From: Eledone cirrhosa
Taxonomy: Eukaryota
Length of the DNA stretch: 64,000 nucleotides
Reading direction: 5' to 3'
NCBI GenBank assembly: GCA_964016885.1
Contig: OZ024754.1
Coordinates: 29,388,001 to 29,452,000, forward strand
The translations under genes were made by a program, and so were the position numbers. This document shows positions 1 to 15,330 of the stretch, piece by piece (position 1 is the first letter of the stretch; every line of letters starts with the position of its first letter). Under the pieces are notes generated by a model. The model saw only the letters and a program-made list of their open reading frames with translations. It made no database searches and was not told the origin of the DNA.

Positions 1-68
1 ATATATATGTATATATATATATAAATATATATATATATGTATATATATATGTATATATATATATATAA

Positions 69-101
<33 letters not shown>

Positions 102-102
102 A

Positions 103-135
<33 letters not shown>

Positions 136-136
136 A

Positions 137-169
<33 letters not shown>

Positions 170-170
170 A

Positions 171-203
<33 letters not shown>

Positions 204-204
204 A

Positions 205-237
<33 letters not shown>

Positions 238-238
238 A

Positions 239-271
<33 letters not shown>

Positions 272-288
272 AATATATATATATATAA

Positions 289-321
<33 letters not shown>

Positions 322-324
322 TAA

Positions 325-357
<33 letters not shown>

Positions 358-358
358 A

Positions 359-428
<70 letters not shown>
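1..428. repeat. (TA)n microsatellite with regularly interspersed TG/AA variants (~30-bp higher-order unit)
   Basis: Directly visible; one of dozens of (TA)n tracts in the window (e.g. 5149-5700, 8500-9575, 21900-22320, 22780-23180). Confidence 0.98.
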
Positions 429-429
<1 letters not shown>

Positions 430-431
<2 letters not shown>

Positions 432-3400
432 GAGAGTAAAACAAAGAAGCCTTCAATACATCACAAGTCTTTATTAGCCGACAATGTTTCGTCCTATTAA
501 GGACTCATCAGGGCAATTAAAACAACAAGAAGTAATATCGGCAGATACAAGCCGGAAGCTCCGAAGAATATGGAGTGTACAAAAATATATATAAAAATAT
601 ATAATAAAAATAATAAAAATATATAATAAAAATTACTAAGGATGTATATAACATTAAGAACCATATTACAAATATAGTCCAAAGCAAAAAAAACCTAGAG
701 CTAAACAAAGGTGGTTATATATAGCAGGAATTATATATAATACAATGTAATATAATATAATATAATATAATATAATATACCTTTACCAACATTAAAATTA
801 CAATAATAATCAAAAGGTACAATATGCATATGTATATATGTGCACACACGCACACACACATACACATACAACAATACACACATCCATCCTCAACTACACA
901 AATTAAACCTTATTAAGAGTTTGAATATAAAAATAAGCATGATAGGAATGAAAATAATAATAATAATATTACTAATACGTCTACCCAATATACATGAGGT
1001 AATAATATGATATAATTATAAGTAGCACATATAATAAATAATAAATAATACAGTTATATGCTATATAATACAATATAATAGGATAGATAATCTCCGGTTA
1101 ATTTACACAAACAATATAGATGTCACAATAATAATATAATAATAATATATTAACATCTACAATATACAATATACTAACATTTATAATAAACAATATAAAG
1201 GTACTCAAGTTAACAAATCAATTCATACTGGGTTACAGAGTAGGTGAGGAAAAATAAATTGTACAATACCTCAAAAAAATTTTGATGGTACAGAAGTTCA
1301 AACATCTTACATGATATATAAAGTTTAACATATCATAATGTTACATATAATTAACGGTAAGTAATAAGGATCAATATTACAATAAAATATACAATATAAT
1401 ATAGTATATTATATAAAATAAATTAATATAATATAATATATAATTACTTATAATTACAAGGTTGGTAGACAGACATGTATATGGATGAGTGAGTAAGTGC
1501 CAGACAGTAAATATAATGCACATTAGTATTACAAATAAAATATAAAATATAATATATAAAATATAGAATAAAGTAAATAAATAGAATCAACCGGAAATTA
1601 AAAAACAAAAACAAACGTATACATTTAGGTCTCACATGCAGTTAAGTAGTTAAGTAAAAACTAAGGAAACAACCCCTGTAAATGACGCAAAAACCCTATT
1701 TGATAAATTAATATTAAAAATATTTAAACTATTCAATAAGGCAGTATAATATTAGCTATAGTTTAAGTCATTAAAGTTTATAAACGTTAATATTTCGTTA
1801 CAAATGTTTACAAAAAGGAATGAAATTTTGTTATTATCATATACATAACGATATCTAAAGAACTGACTTAAGCAGAATTAAGGTAGGCTAATAGGGACAG
1901 AAATGGAGAAATATATGGAGGATGCAAAGGGGCATAAAATATAGTCGATATACTATATTACATAATAGAAAGGAGCGTAAAGGAGGGGGGGGGGTTAAAT
2001 ATAATATAATCATAGGGGGTTAACACTAAGTTTATGTGCGCATGGGGGAGGGGAGGAAGGGGGGTTTCCAAAGAAGAATCCGAATAAAAATAAAAATAAG
2101 AATAAAATAAAATAAATAGCGTAAAATATATAATCTTATATACATTCATAAGGTGTAATAGTGAAAATTTAATGCATAAGAAGATAGATATGGTACAGTA
2201 GCCAAAAGATTATGAGAGCTAGAATAAAGAGTCATCAAAAACCAATGATAATAATGATGATAATAATAATGTTGGCAAACAAAAGAACCTAAATTAAAAA
2301 ATAAATAATGGAATATATCAGCTAATGGGTACAATTTGTACTACTAGAACGTTTAGGTTTATAATAAAAGTATGAATTAGAAATAGCGTGGGGGCAAGAA
2401 GAGAATATCTCAGACTTTCTATTAAGTAAAGATGCGCTAGAGAAGATTATAGAGTGTGTCTCGAGGATACAGAGATTACAAAACTTAGTATGTGTAGAAA
2501 GGTGGTTAGAGCGTGCTACTAAACGCCAGTTAAGGCTATATGGTATATTAGCTCCCTTAAGATCCCAGATATAATGTGCTAAAGAAGTAGAATTCTTAAA
2601 CTTAACATGCTTGAAATTAGAGATATGAGAGTTAAACCTAGTCTTAAAAGTGTTAGATGTAGAGCCTATATAAGTTCTATTAGAGGAATTAGTTATAACT
2701 TCGCAAGCATAGACAATGTTCTTAGAAAGGCAGTTACCGTTTAAAGGGCAGTTAGCACTCACTCTACAATTGCACTTCCGGGTGTTATTGGTTGACTCAA
2801 GTGGTGATGCATTACACGTAGGATTGCTATTAGATAAGGACTGTCCTGGTGGTAATGCATTGCCAGATCTGTTCAGACTAGTAGTATGTAGAGAGGAGAA
2901 TCCATCCCTAATTTACCTATTGTTAGTGCTAGCTAAATGAGAACTAATATTAGGGGTGGTAGAGAATGAAAGTTTAATAACATTTTTATTAAAAATACTA
3001 TGGTATTTATGAGAAGGGGGGGAAATTTTTCTCTAAGATAGAGAAGAAAGACCTAGAGATATTAGTTGATACTTCCTGATTATATGGCGGGTTAAAATAA
3101 GTATTTAATCGCCTTCTATTTTTATTCTTACCGACTCTACCATTATCAAATATCCCACCATCGAGACTAGGGTTACTACAAGGATTAGTTAAAGCCGCAT
3201 TCGTAGAATCAACCAAAATTTCATTAAGTCTATTACAGTTTCTACCTCCAGTAGATCTGCTGCTGTCCGGAATCCCATCATAAGGATTAGGGCCAATGAT
3301 AGGATCAGTAGGAGCAACATTATTAGAATAAGATCCAGCAAAATTATCACCAATGTGTGAGCGCTCAGAGGGTTCAACTTGTTTCCTAGAGGTATTATAT

Positions 3401-4353
3401 TCACTATTACGGGTCCGGTGGTTTAATTTATGGATGGGTTCAGATACACCTATATAATTTTTACGGTTACTATGTTTGCTACTCCCATTCATGGCCATGT
3501 TATGTGATATTATGTTATTATTATTAAAAGTGGACGGAGACTTTCTAAGGTTACTATTATTATAATGTATTTTAATAGAGTAACCTGAATTTGCTAGGGC
3601 ATTATTATAGTACTCCGCATGTTCATTAAATGTTCCTACGTCCTTAGAGAGTGTGGAAATCCTATTAGATACACCCTTAATTATAGAGCTTATCATAGAC
3701 TTGGGGTGGTTAGAATTGGGACTAACATAAGAAAGTATTTCATTAGGCTTATGGAAGGGTTTAAAACTATTAGTGACCAAGTCCAAAGTCACATCCAAAA
3801 AGTTAACCGCTTTATCATTTCTATCTATCGAGATCGAAAGGTTATAGCTTTTAAAAAACTTATAAAGCTTCTTCTTATTATGTTCTACATTGTTGGTGCT
3901 AGAGTTAATTACAAACAATGCATCATCACGATATAGTCCGCCTATAAGGTGCGGGAAGGTAGCATATAGTTCATTAAGGAGGAACAACCCAACAAGATCA
4001 GTAACCTGGGCCGAATCACTCGAACCCATTGTAACGTCGAAATTATTGGGCGTGTTTTTACGGGTCCAAAATGTGTCCTCAAATTTAATAATAATAGTTT
4101 TACGGGCTGCTAGTATAATATCTACCTGTGATCGTGTAAGGCTGGACACTCTCATGGCCAACATTAAAGCTTTATCGAGGAGGATGGGTGAAATTGATGT
4201 GTAGTAGGCATCAATATCGAATTGGATAAACTTATTAGATTCAAGTCTATTAATCCCGGAGAACCAATCTATAACTTCCTTAGTGTTCCCCCATAGGTTA
4301 AAATTAACCTTATCCCTAACATCTGGTATAATAAGGTCAAGGATTTTTTTACT
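430..4353 (-). mobile_element. Penelope-like element, 5'-truncated, frameshifted; RT + CxCx5C linker + GIY-YIG, ~1.9 kb AT-rich 3' UTR/pLTR
   Basis: ORF 3007-4164 has RT motifs (DVTMGSSDSAQVTDLVG, GLYRDDAL, NFLDVTLDL, FNPPY) and the frame upstream reads FIQFDIDAYYTSI. ORF 2322-2762 has NIVYAC...YIGST...FKTRF (GIY-YIG), preceded by CNCRVSANCPL. Both ends abut (TA)n. Confidence 0.95.
473..516 (-). ncRNA. Minimal type I hammerhead ribozyme in PLE 3' pLTR
   Basis: Minus strand reads GCC-CTGATGA-GTCC TTAATA GGAC-GAAAC ATT GTC-GGC: intact core, 4-bp stem II, short stem III, GUC cleavage triplet. Confidence 0.92.
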
Positions 4354-4419
4354 GATAATATATATATATATTTATATATATTATTACTTCGATATCGAGT
4401 ACTCATTTCTCGCCCGTCA

Positions 4420-4726
4420 ACTACATATATATATGTGTGTGTGTCTGATGGTAGCTAAGATGCTTCCATAAGCGGTATGCCGGTTGAGCACTCTATGTTC
4501 TTACAGAGCAGAGTGTGATATAATATAAAATAAAAAATCAGTGATGCATCTGAACTCAATTTATTGTGTGTTACAATTGTTTCACCGGCGGACAGCTCGA
4601 GACACGATCATTGTGTGGATCTGTCCGATTCTGGATCCGCAGGTTCGACGGACACGTATAATGGTTTCGGAGCAAATTCTCTCACTGGGCTGTTAGCGTC
4701 AAAAACATCCTCTTCGCGCGTCCTGT

Positions 4727-4728
<2 letters not shown>
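4420..4728 (-). repeat. PLE pLTR-like fragment; related copy in opposite orientation at 7612-7785
   Basis: Reverse-complement similarity between the two loci. Contains an HHR 3' half GAAAC AATT GTA ACAC; bounded by (TA)n. Confidence 0.6.
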
Positions 4729-5254
<526 letters not shown>

Positions 5255-5271
5255 CACACATATATATATAT

Positions 5272-5338
<67 letters not shown>

Positions 5339-5345
5339 TATATAC

Positions 5346-5407
<62 letters not shown>

Positions 5408-5427
5408 GTACACACATATATATATAT

Positions 5428-5476
<49 letters not shown>

Positions 5477-5650
5477 TATATACATATATATATATATACA
5501 TATATATATGTATATATATATGTATATATATATATATGTATATATATATATGTATACATATATATATATATGTATATGTATATATATGTATACATATATA
5601 TATATATGTATATGTATATATATGTATATATATATATATGTATATATATG

Positions 5651-5703
<53 letters not shown>

Positions 5704-6465
5704 GTGTGTGTGTATATGTGAAAAGTTACACACATATACTATACGATATATACATATTATCTGTTAATTGTAAAATAAGTTTTCTTGTCTGTACCATGTT
5801 GATAAGAAGAGGAAATACATGTTAGTTTGAAAAGAGTTAAAGTGGAAAGTTTGACGAAGCTACAACAACTAAACTACAGTACGGTGAAAGTAATGGGCAC
5901 ATTATAGATATCTTCATTGCTAATAGAAGTAAGAACTATATTAGCTAATTATGTTTTGGTTGTTTTTAACATGATGATTTGAGGGAGATTTGGCTGCTAT
6001 TTCTAACAAATTGAATGACCCTGCACATGATCCCTCATTGACGTCGGTAGACATTTTCTCAATCACTTTGGACTTTGTTACAGAATCGTTTGGGAGTTCA
6101 GACAAAATGATTTACAAAATCTAGTTCCAGATATTTACGATCTGAGCTCAAACCTTATCGAGCCTAACTTTGAATTTTGTCATTTCCGAGTCAATAAAAT
6201 AAAATACAAGTCAAGTACAGGGGTCGATATAATAAACTCTACATTCACACTTTATTTTACTACATTGTTTAAATGATGCTTTAAGTAAGATTATCGATCA
6301 GTTTACTCTATTAAACTAAATTTCTGTATTAATGAAAGTATATTAAATATGTAGAAATAATTGACATTTGAATATAAATGAAATACGATGAGGGACCAGC
6401 TGTGAAAGAAATATGATGTATACACAACTAAAGCGTCAATATATATATATTTGTGTATGTAAATG

Positions 6466-6542
<77 letters not shown>

Positions 6543-6547
<5 letters not shown>

Positions 6548-7319
6548 TAAAGTGGTCCTTCATCAGTGATCTTCCAACCCTCATCGGTATTTCTTCACTT
6601 TAAAGACCATATACCTCCGGTTGGTGCGAGCAACGGCTAAAGAAAGTCATTGGGATATGTAAATAAAGGGAACAGCGAGAGTGTAAACAAACAAAGATGG
6701 TGAAGCAAGGAAAAGTGTGGAAGAGCGAGTCAAGTCCAAAAATTTTCATGAATATAAGTTCGGTGAAATCGTGAACGAGAGAGAATAAAGACCATCAAAC
6801 CTGGTTGAAATGTGAGCAAGGAAGGAATTTCGCACAGGTTTAACGGGAGGAAGAAGGAGTCTAGTCTGTGAATTCGGTGAACATAAGTTCTGTGAAATCG
6901 TAGACGAGAGAGAGAAAAAATGCCGACCGGCCTGACCAAGCGTGCGATAGAAAAGAATTACGCACAGGTCAAACGGGAAATAGGAGGAGGAGGAGAGGTA
7001 GTAACAGAGAGTGAGTGAGTGAAGGGTGAGGAAGAGGCTAACAGAGAGAGTGACTGTTAGAGAGAATTAAGATACAGAGAAAGAGGAAGCAGTAAGAACG
7101 AAATAGACGGGTCACAGCGGGAGAAAAAAATATGTGTAAATATGAGAATAAACGTGCTGCGGAGTTGCAAATGGGTTAGATATGAATAAAGTGCTCCTTC
7201 ATCAGTGATCTTCCAACCATCATTGGTATTTCTTCGCTTTAAAGACCATATACCTCCGGTTGGTGCGAGCAACGGCTAAAGAAAGTCGTTGGGACATGTA
7301 AATAAAGGGAACAGCGAGA

Positions 7320-7320
<1 letters not shown>
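6543..7320 (-). mobile_element. ORF-less element with ~140-bp direct terminal repeats (6543-6682 / 7182-7320), inserted in (TA)n; probable non-autonomous PLE/pLTR tandem
   Basis: Direct repeat with 639-bp period, carrying CTGATGA on the minus strand. Related copies at 11705-11970 (+), 49150-49400 (-) and 53464-53808 (+). Confidence 0.7.
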
Positions 7321-7370
<50 letters not shown>

Positions 7371-7373
<3 letters not shown>

Positions 7374-7562
7374 AACTAAAATAAATAAGTCAAATATTTA
7401 AAATTTGGCTTCGTTTATATATATATTTCGGTGACAGCCATCTTTGGCTGCGACCTCTTCAGGCAGTCCGAATTAGTGTGGTAGAGACGAGTACACATGT
7501 TGTTGAGGTGTTTAACAATCTGCATACTGAGGTGTTGGTATACAACCAACATATACTCAAAC
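7371..7562 (-). repeat. PLE pLTR fragment with HHR core, same family as the fold-back at 59736-60104
   Basis: Minus strand reads CTGAAGA-GGTCGCAGCC AAAGAT GGCTGTCACC-GAAA TATATA; aligns with 59740-59890. Confidence 0.8.
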
Positions 7563-8104
7563 TATATATATAGATAATTATTTATATATATATATATATT
7601 TTTTTTGTATAATAACAACCCAGTGACAAAATTTGCTCCGAAAGAATTGCATGTGTCCGAAAGAACCTGCAGCCGCAGAATCAGCCGGATCCATACAGTG
7701 ATCATGTCTCGAGCTACCTGCCGGCGAAACAATTGTAACACGCAATAAACTGAGTCCAGACGCATCACTGATATTTCGTTTTTTTTAATACTATATATAT
7801 GTATATATATATATATTGTTATACTTGGGGAGGGTCATATTGTTGTAATAATATTGCCAGAAATAATAACAGAACACACTCACTGTTTGGTTGGTTTTCG
7901 ATTCTGTATCTTTTATATCTCCACAGTTAATTCATTTGTCCTCAGACATAGCTGTGTGGTTAAGATATTTGTTATAGAACGGAGTTAATTATAATTAACC
8001 CGTTCTTGCACCATCAACAAGATTCAATATCAAAGATAATACATCATGGTTGACTATACGGAATGACCAGTTCTATCCAGTGATGAACAACCAAACATAA
8101 ATAA

Positions 8105-8210
<106 letters not shown>

Positions 8211-8498
8211 TACATGTAAGCATACTAATTCAAATCTTATTGGACCAAGTCATAAAACATTGATTATGGAACTAACAGTAGCAACGCTGATCAATTACGA
8301 ATACTTTTATACTTCTCGTTATTAGGTAGTTCGATGAGGAATAGATACAGCAATCCACATTTATACTGTTCGTGATTAGGTAGTGCTTAAACTCGTTTAA
8401 TTCTGGGCGTTTGTAACCGTAGTTGTACACTGAAGCCGTAATAGGAAACACGTTGGTGAAAAATAATTCGGTTAAACTATATACATACACACACACAC

Positions 8499-8579
<81 letters not shown>

Positions 8580-8580
8580 G

Positions 8581-8634
<54 letters not shown>

Positions 8635-8638
8635 TATT

Positions 8639-8671
<33 letters not shown>

Positions 8672-8680
8672 ATGTTTATT

Positions 8681-8711
<31 letters not shown>

Positions 8712-8838
8712 ATGTTTATTTAAATATATATATATATTTATATATATATATATATGTATATTTATATATATATTTATATATATATATATGTATATTTATA
8801 TATATATTTATATATATATATATGTATATTTATATATA

Positions 8839-8908
<70 letters not shown>

Positions 8909-8910
8909 TT

Positions 8911-8995
<85 letters not shown>

Positions 8996-9018
8996 ATGTT
9001 TATATATATATATATGTT

Positions 9019-9049
<31 letters not shown>

Positions 9050-9058
9050 ATGTTTATT

Positions 9059-9091
<33 letters not shown>

Positions 9092-9216
9092 ATGTTTATT
9101 TAAATATATATATATATTTATATATATATATATGTATATTTATATATATATTTATATATATATATATGTATATTTATATATATATTTATATATATATATA
9201 TGTATATATATATATT

Positions 9217-9253
<37 letters not shown>

Positions 9254-9274
9254 ATGTATATTTATATATATATT

Positions 9275-9327
<53 letters not shown>

Positions 9328-9380
9328 ATGTATATTTATATATATATTTATATATATATATATATGTATATTTATATATA

Positions 9381-9538
<158 letters not shown>

Positions 9539-9575
9539 TAATATATATATATATGTATGTATGTATATGTATATA

Positions 9576-9778
9576 TTGTTTCTACCTTAGGCACAAGGCT
9601 AGCAATTACCCAGTGTATTACTGGTACTTTATTTTATCGACCCCGTAAGGATGAAAGGCAAAGTTAACCTCGGTGGGATTTGAGGTTAACTTTGCCTTTC
9701 ATCCTTACGGGGTCGATAAAATAAAGTACCAGTAATACACTGGGTAATTGCTGGCCTTGTGACTAAAGTATAAACAAA
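9576..9778. mobile_element. Fold-back (head-to-head) pair of SINE 3' halves
   Basis: 9576-9671 is the reverse complement of 9682-9778, with a 10-nt spacer; sequence matches the tRNA-derived SINE at 20498-20865. Confidence 0.9.
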
Positions 9779-9811
9779 ATGTATATGTATATATTAATAT
9801 ACATATATATA

Positions 9812-9880
<69 letters not shown>

Positions 9881-10471
9881 ATATATATGTATATATTATA
9901 TATTAATATATATATATGTATGTATGTATATGTATATATTAATATATATATATATATATATGTATGTTTGTATATATGCATATATTTATATATATATATA
10001 TATATAAATATATATACGTACATATTTATATATATTTATATATATATATATATACGTACATATTTATATATATATATATATATATATATACATACATATA
10101 TACATACACAGAAACACACATATATATATATATATAAATTATGTACATATTAACATACGTCAGATATTTGCAGGAAAAGATTAAGTTCTTATGAAGAAAA
10201 TCCACGTTATAGAACGCTTTCTTTATCGAGTGTGCTATCTCGTATTCCTTTTCTGCCATTGAGTTTATCCAGTCTGTAAATACACAAAGATATATTTATT
10301 TGTGTTCAGGAATAAATAAATCATTGATAAAGTTCAGTATTTCAGTGATCAGAGCCTTCTGCAAGTAAATATATCCATGATAGTATATTTATATTTGTAC
10401 GTATATGTATATATAGGTGTGTGCTCTTGTCTGTGTGTGTAGATTTATGTATATATTTATATATTTGTAAG

Positions 10472-10534
<63 letters not shown>

Positions 10535-10552
10535 GTATATATATATATATGA

Positions 10553-10584
<32 letters not shown>

Positions 10585-11142
10585 ATAAATGTATATATAT
10601 ATATTATATATATATATATAAAGATGAATATCTCTCTCTGTACTTTTATTTGAATATGTTACAAGCAGATACAAACGCGCGCACAGGTGTACATACACGC
10701 ACCCACACGTATACACTCACACATATATATTCATGACAGTATGCGTGTTCATATGTCGGACTATATATGTACGAGTATGTGATCTGGTAAGAGATAAACA
10801 TACACAAACAGCAGCAAGATTTCAGATAAACTTGTAGAAAAAATAAGAAATTCCTATATTTTTAAATGTATTTGTTCAACAATAGCTTCATTGGTTACAG
10901 TTCTTCAAAGAATCATTGGTCGTTTCATTGCATTTCTGATGCCGAGTGTGAAACGGGATTGTATGGCGAAACTAATATAATAAAATCGTTTATTTTTTTC
11001 TGTTGTTCGAAAGTGCCACTCTTTGCGGTTCTGGCAAATATACCCTCTTTCGATGATGCATGATGCTAGAACACGCAAACATGTGTGCATATACACACAT
11101 ACTCACAAACACAAACATGTGTGCATATACAAACACACACAC

Positions 11143-11242
<100 letters not shown>

Positions 11243-11338
11243 AAATGTGTGAAATCCTTGGTACAATTAGGTATATTTGAAAAAAGGAAAAGAATTCACT
11301 TGAAGTTTTAAACAATTTGATTTAATTTTATAATATTA

Positions 11339-11670
11339 CTAGCAGAATGGCCCGGCGTTACTCGGGATTTGCTCTAGGGTTCTTATATATTTCATATATA
11401 TTTATCCTTGTCGAGCCTCGTGAAATAAATACGTTTGTTTATATTTTGTTATTGTGTATGCAAAAATACGTGTACACGAATATATAATTATATATATAAC
11501 AGTACAGAGAAGTACGGAATATCTCGACCTCGGATGGTGTCTACATTTTGTACTTATAAGAAAAATTCTTCATAGATTACCATGGTTTTTTTCCATGCAA
11601 AGAGAATCAATACTCTATCGCGAAATAAATACTTTTGTTTATATTTTGTTATTGCGTATGCAAAAATGAT
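11339..11670 (-). mobile_element. Non-autonomous Helitron 3' end fragment
   Basis: Minus strand ends CCCGAGTAACGCCGGG (hairpin)-CCATTCTG-CTAG|T; homologous to 44127-44280. Confidence 0.75.
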
Positions 11671-11984
11671 ATATATCTTTTAATTTCTTCTTTTATATAT
11701 ATATTTACCAAGCTTAAGCTTACAGATATCATGTACTTGTCTCTTCCTATCTTTCCGTTGCAATACCATCGTTGTTTGTTTACATGTCTCGCTCGCTTCA
11801 CCCTATTTCACTTGTCCCAATAACTTTATTTAGTTATTGCTCGCACCAACCAGAAGTATATGATTTTTAAAGCGATGAAATACCAATGAAGGTTGGAAAA
11901 TCACTGATGAGGGACTAATTTTATTCATATGTAACCCATGTGCAACCACGCAGCACTCCATTTTTCTTATATATATATATATAT

Positions 11985-12130
11985 TTATTAAAATAACAGA
12001 TTAAAGTTTAAGCAAAGAATCGCTGCTTTCACCCTTAACGGGATCTTCTGAAACAAACAAAGTCAATCTGTAAACGCAGATCCTTATCGAGCCCTCTTTG
12101 GTTTTTAGTCTTCAAATTTATTATTATTAC
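11985..12130. repeat. Rearranged pLTR fragments (both orientations) of the 16858-20053 PLE family
   Basis: 11985-12080 is the reverse complement of 19965-20055; 12081-12130 matches the forward terminal extension at 50206-50256. Confidence 0.75.
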
Positions 12131-12154
12131 TATATATATATATATATATATATA

Positions 12155-13920
12155 TTTATAAGTCGTTTGAAAGCCTCGACAATGTAAATGGGTAAATCTC
12201 CGGGTAACAGGGTCCGGTGGAGAAGAGAGAGATATGTAAGTGGGTGTACGTTGAGATGCGTGGTGTGTATAAGATGTGTGGGATGTGTAGAATGAAGGGA
12301 AGAGTGAAAGGGTAAAAATAATAATAACAACACAAGAGAGAGAGTTACCTTGGGAGAGATTTAATAGTCCCTATATATTTCGGATTCACATCCATCAACT
12401 GGGGTTTTTTTCCGGGGTGGGGGAAAAGGTTGTCTGTCGGACAATTCGGAACGCGTCTTTCGCTGTTTGTTGATTTGAATATCTGAGGTATTCGGTCGAG
12501 CGCGCGTGCGCGTGAAATGGGGTCGGTCGTACAGAAGTCAACGGCCGAATGAGGGAGTGGGATGGCGTTAGCTGTCAGTCCATTCTCTGCCTGCTTGTTA
12601 AATGTTACTGTGTGTGTGTGTGCGTGTGTTGTTGTCTCGCTTGAGTGTGTGTGTGTGTGTGTGTGTGTGCGTGTGTAGTTGCCTTGTTCATCTGTATTGG
12701 CAGTGTAGTATGTTCGTATGGTGGAATGCTACTGTGTGTGTGTGTGCGTGTGTGTGTGTAGTTGTATCGTTTGCGTGTGTGTGTGTGTGCGTGTGTTGTG
12801 TGTTGTTGCATCGCTTGTTAACTTAAACCAGCCATTTCATTTCGCTTCTCTCTAATCGGTTGTTTATTTGCGGTTGTAGTCGTTTGATAAGAAGCCCTTC
12901 CTTAATACGTAACGTGCCGACGTTTCTTTCAGTCGCTAGAATTGTGACAATGGGCCTTCCGTCTTTGTTTCCGCATTTGTCTATGTGTTTCCGGAAAGAC
13001 GAGGCCCTGGTTTTAATGTGTTCCTTGATCCGGATGTGCAAAGGTCGAATTGTGCTACCTATGTAGTATTGGTTGAACCTGTCACATTCTATCTTATACA
13101 CGACGTATGTGCGTAGGCAACAGTTAGCATGGCGTATCGGGCAGTCTCTGAGGGAGCATGCGTCAGTAGACTTTTCGGTTTTCCTGGAGAGGCATCTTCG
13201 CAGGGAGGGGCTCGAGTGGGCCAGGTGGATGTCGAGGCCCTCCCTCCGTATAGCCTTGCGGATAGCGTTGGTGGTTTTCTCGCCCAGGTGTGGTATTTTA
13301 AGGAAGCACTTGCTTAGGGTGCTTCTCTGTCTCTTGCGTCTGGTGTCTCCTATTCTGTCTGTGATCGAGGTAGGGTACCCGTTCGTCTCCAGCACCTCGA
13401 GGAATCACTTGGTATGAGTGACACTACTCGCGGGATCGCTGCATCTGTCTTTGATTCGCGCGATCTCGTTCGTGATGTATCCTCTTTTGGCACTGTTAGG
13501 GAGGGCGGACTTGTAGTGAACGAATAGGTCCCTGCAGGCTGCCTTTCTGTAGAAGTTGCAGTGGATCCCTCCTTATTCCGTGATGTTGATTCGGAAGTCG
13601 AGGAGGGCAAGTGACCCGTCTTCGTTGGGGTGTTCAATACTGAAGTCAATGTTCTCGTCCGTGTTGTTGAACGTCTCATAGATTCTGTTCGCCGTGTCTT
13701 GGGAAGATGTGAGGATGAGGATATCGTCCACGTATCTTGAGAAAAAGGCTACGGCGTTGGGGTGGCAGGCGTTGAGAGCCTTTCGTTCGAGGTTGTCCAT
13801 GTAGGAGATCGCTAGTACACCTGATAGACTTGATCCCATGGGCAATCCCGAGGTTTGTTGGTATATTTGGTCAAGGAATCCGAAGTGGGTGTTGTCGACG
13901 ACGATGGATAGGAGTATATA
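12155..13920 (-). mobile_element. Penelope-like element, 5'-truncated, with in-frame stops; RT C-half + Cys linker + GIY-YIG + 3' UTR
   Basis: YQQTSGLPMGSSLSGVLA, FSRYVDDILIL, LALLDFRI; then NGYP, LKIPHLG, CSLRDCPI, VVYKIEC...YYIGSTIRPLHIRIKEH...KEGLLIKRLQPQIN. Degenerate HHR near 12368-12404; both ends in (TA)n. Confidence 0.93.
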
Positions 13921-13925
13921 TAGGA

Positions 13926-13991
<66 letters not shown>

Positions 13992-14403
13992 GATGGATGT
14001 GATCTTGCAATTTCCGCCAAACAAATTCAAACCATAAAGCATTGGTTAACTCCTGGCTCCAGTAATAAGCAGTTGCACAAGACACAGGATAGCGGGATTG
14101 AAACCAAAAGAAGAACTTCGTTGTGGAGCGATCACCTTTGCTACAGAGCCGTCCCTGCACACACTACTTAGATTTGAAGAATAAGGTTTATAATATTTGA
14201 CAGCAAAGGCGGAAGTAGAGTCATTTTCTATGACTTTCCCTACTGAGACTAAAAATTTGATTAACGATTCAAAAGACCCCACACTAAAAGTATGTAAAAC
14301 CAGTTTACTAGCTTACATTAGAGTAGGATTTTAACACGAAAGAAAGTTGGCTTTTAAAATACATAGCTATCAAATTTATACATAGAAACCGTACGTAGAT
14401 ACC

Positions 14404-14435
<32 letters not shown>

Positions 14436-14524
14436 CATATATATATATACACACACACACATATATATATATACACATGTATCTATAGGTATATATATGT
14501 ATGTATATATATATATATATATAT

Positions 14525-14607
<83 letters not shown>

Positions 14608-14614
14608 TATATAT

Positions 14615-14734
<120 letters not shown>

Positions 14735-14998
14735 CATACCTAAGTACTTATATTTATAAAGATACATGTGTACACACGTATGTACAAAGAAACTCTCTAA
14801 CACATACACACATACATACATATATATATATATATGCATGCATACATACATACACACATACACACATACATACATATTGAGCCATTTACGTGTGACACCA
14901 ATGTATTGAAAATAGATTGGTTTTGGTAAATTAATAAAAATGTCGAGTGTTGCCTGAATAGAAACTAGTTGGAAACAAAAATATTTCAAATATGTAAT

Positions 14999-15053
<55 letters not shown>

Positions 15054-15280
15054 GTGTGTGGGTGTATGTATGTATGTATGTATGTATGTATGTATGTATG
15101 TATGTATGTATGTATGTATGTATGTATGTATATATGTGAGTCTATATATATGTATACACACACACATACATATATACATATAACTTATCTATCTATCTCT
15201 CTCTCTATATATATACATATATATATATAAATAGATAGAGAGGGAGAAAGATAGAGTGAGTAAAAGAGTGGCACAGCGCA

Positions 15281-15330
<50 letters not shown>

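Noticed and set aside
10866-11063. ECETGLYGE peptide resembling an EGF-like/MEGF repeat
   Set aside because: Too short, the following cysteines are absent, and there are no clear splice sites.
13350-13600. In-frame stops in PLE ORFs as possible selenocysteine recoding
   Set aside because: The stops inspected are TAA (17324-17326, 13573-13575) or an isolated TGA at a non-Cys-like position in a truncated copy; ordinary decay is the simpler explanation.
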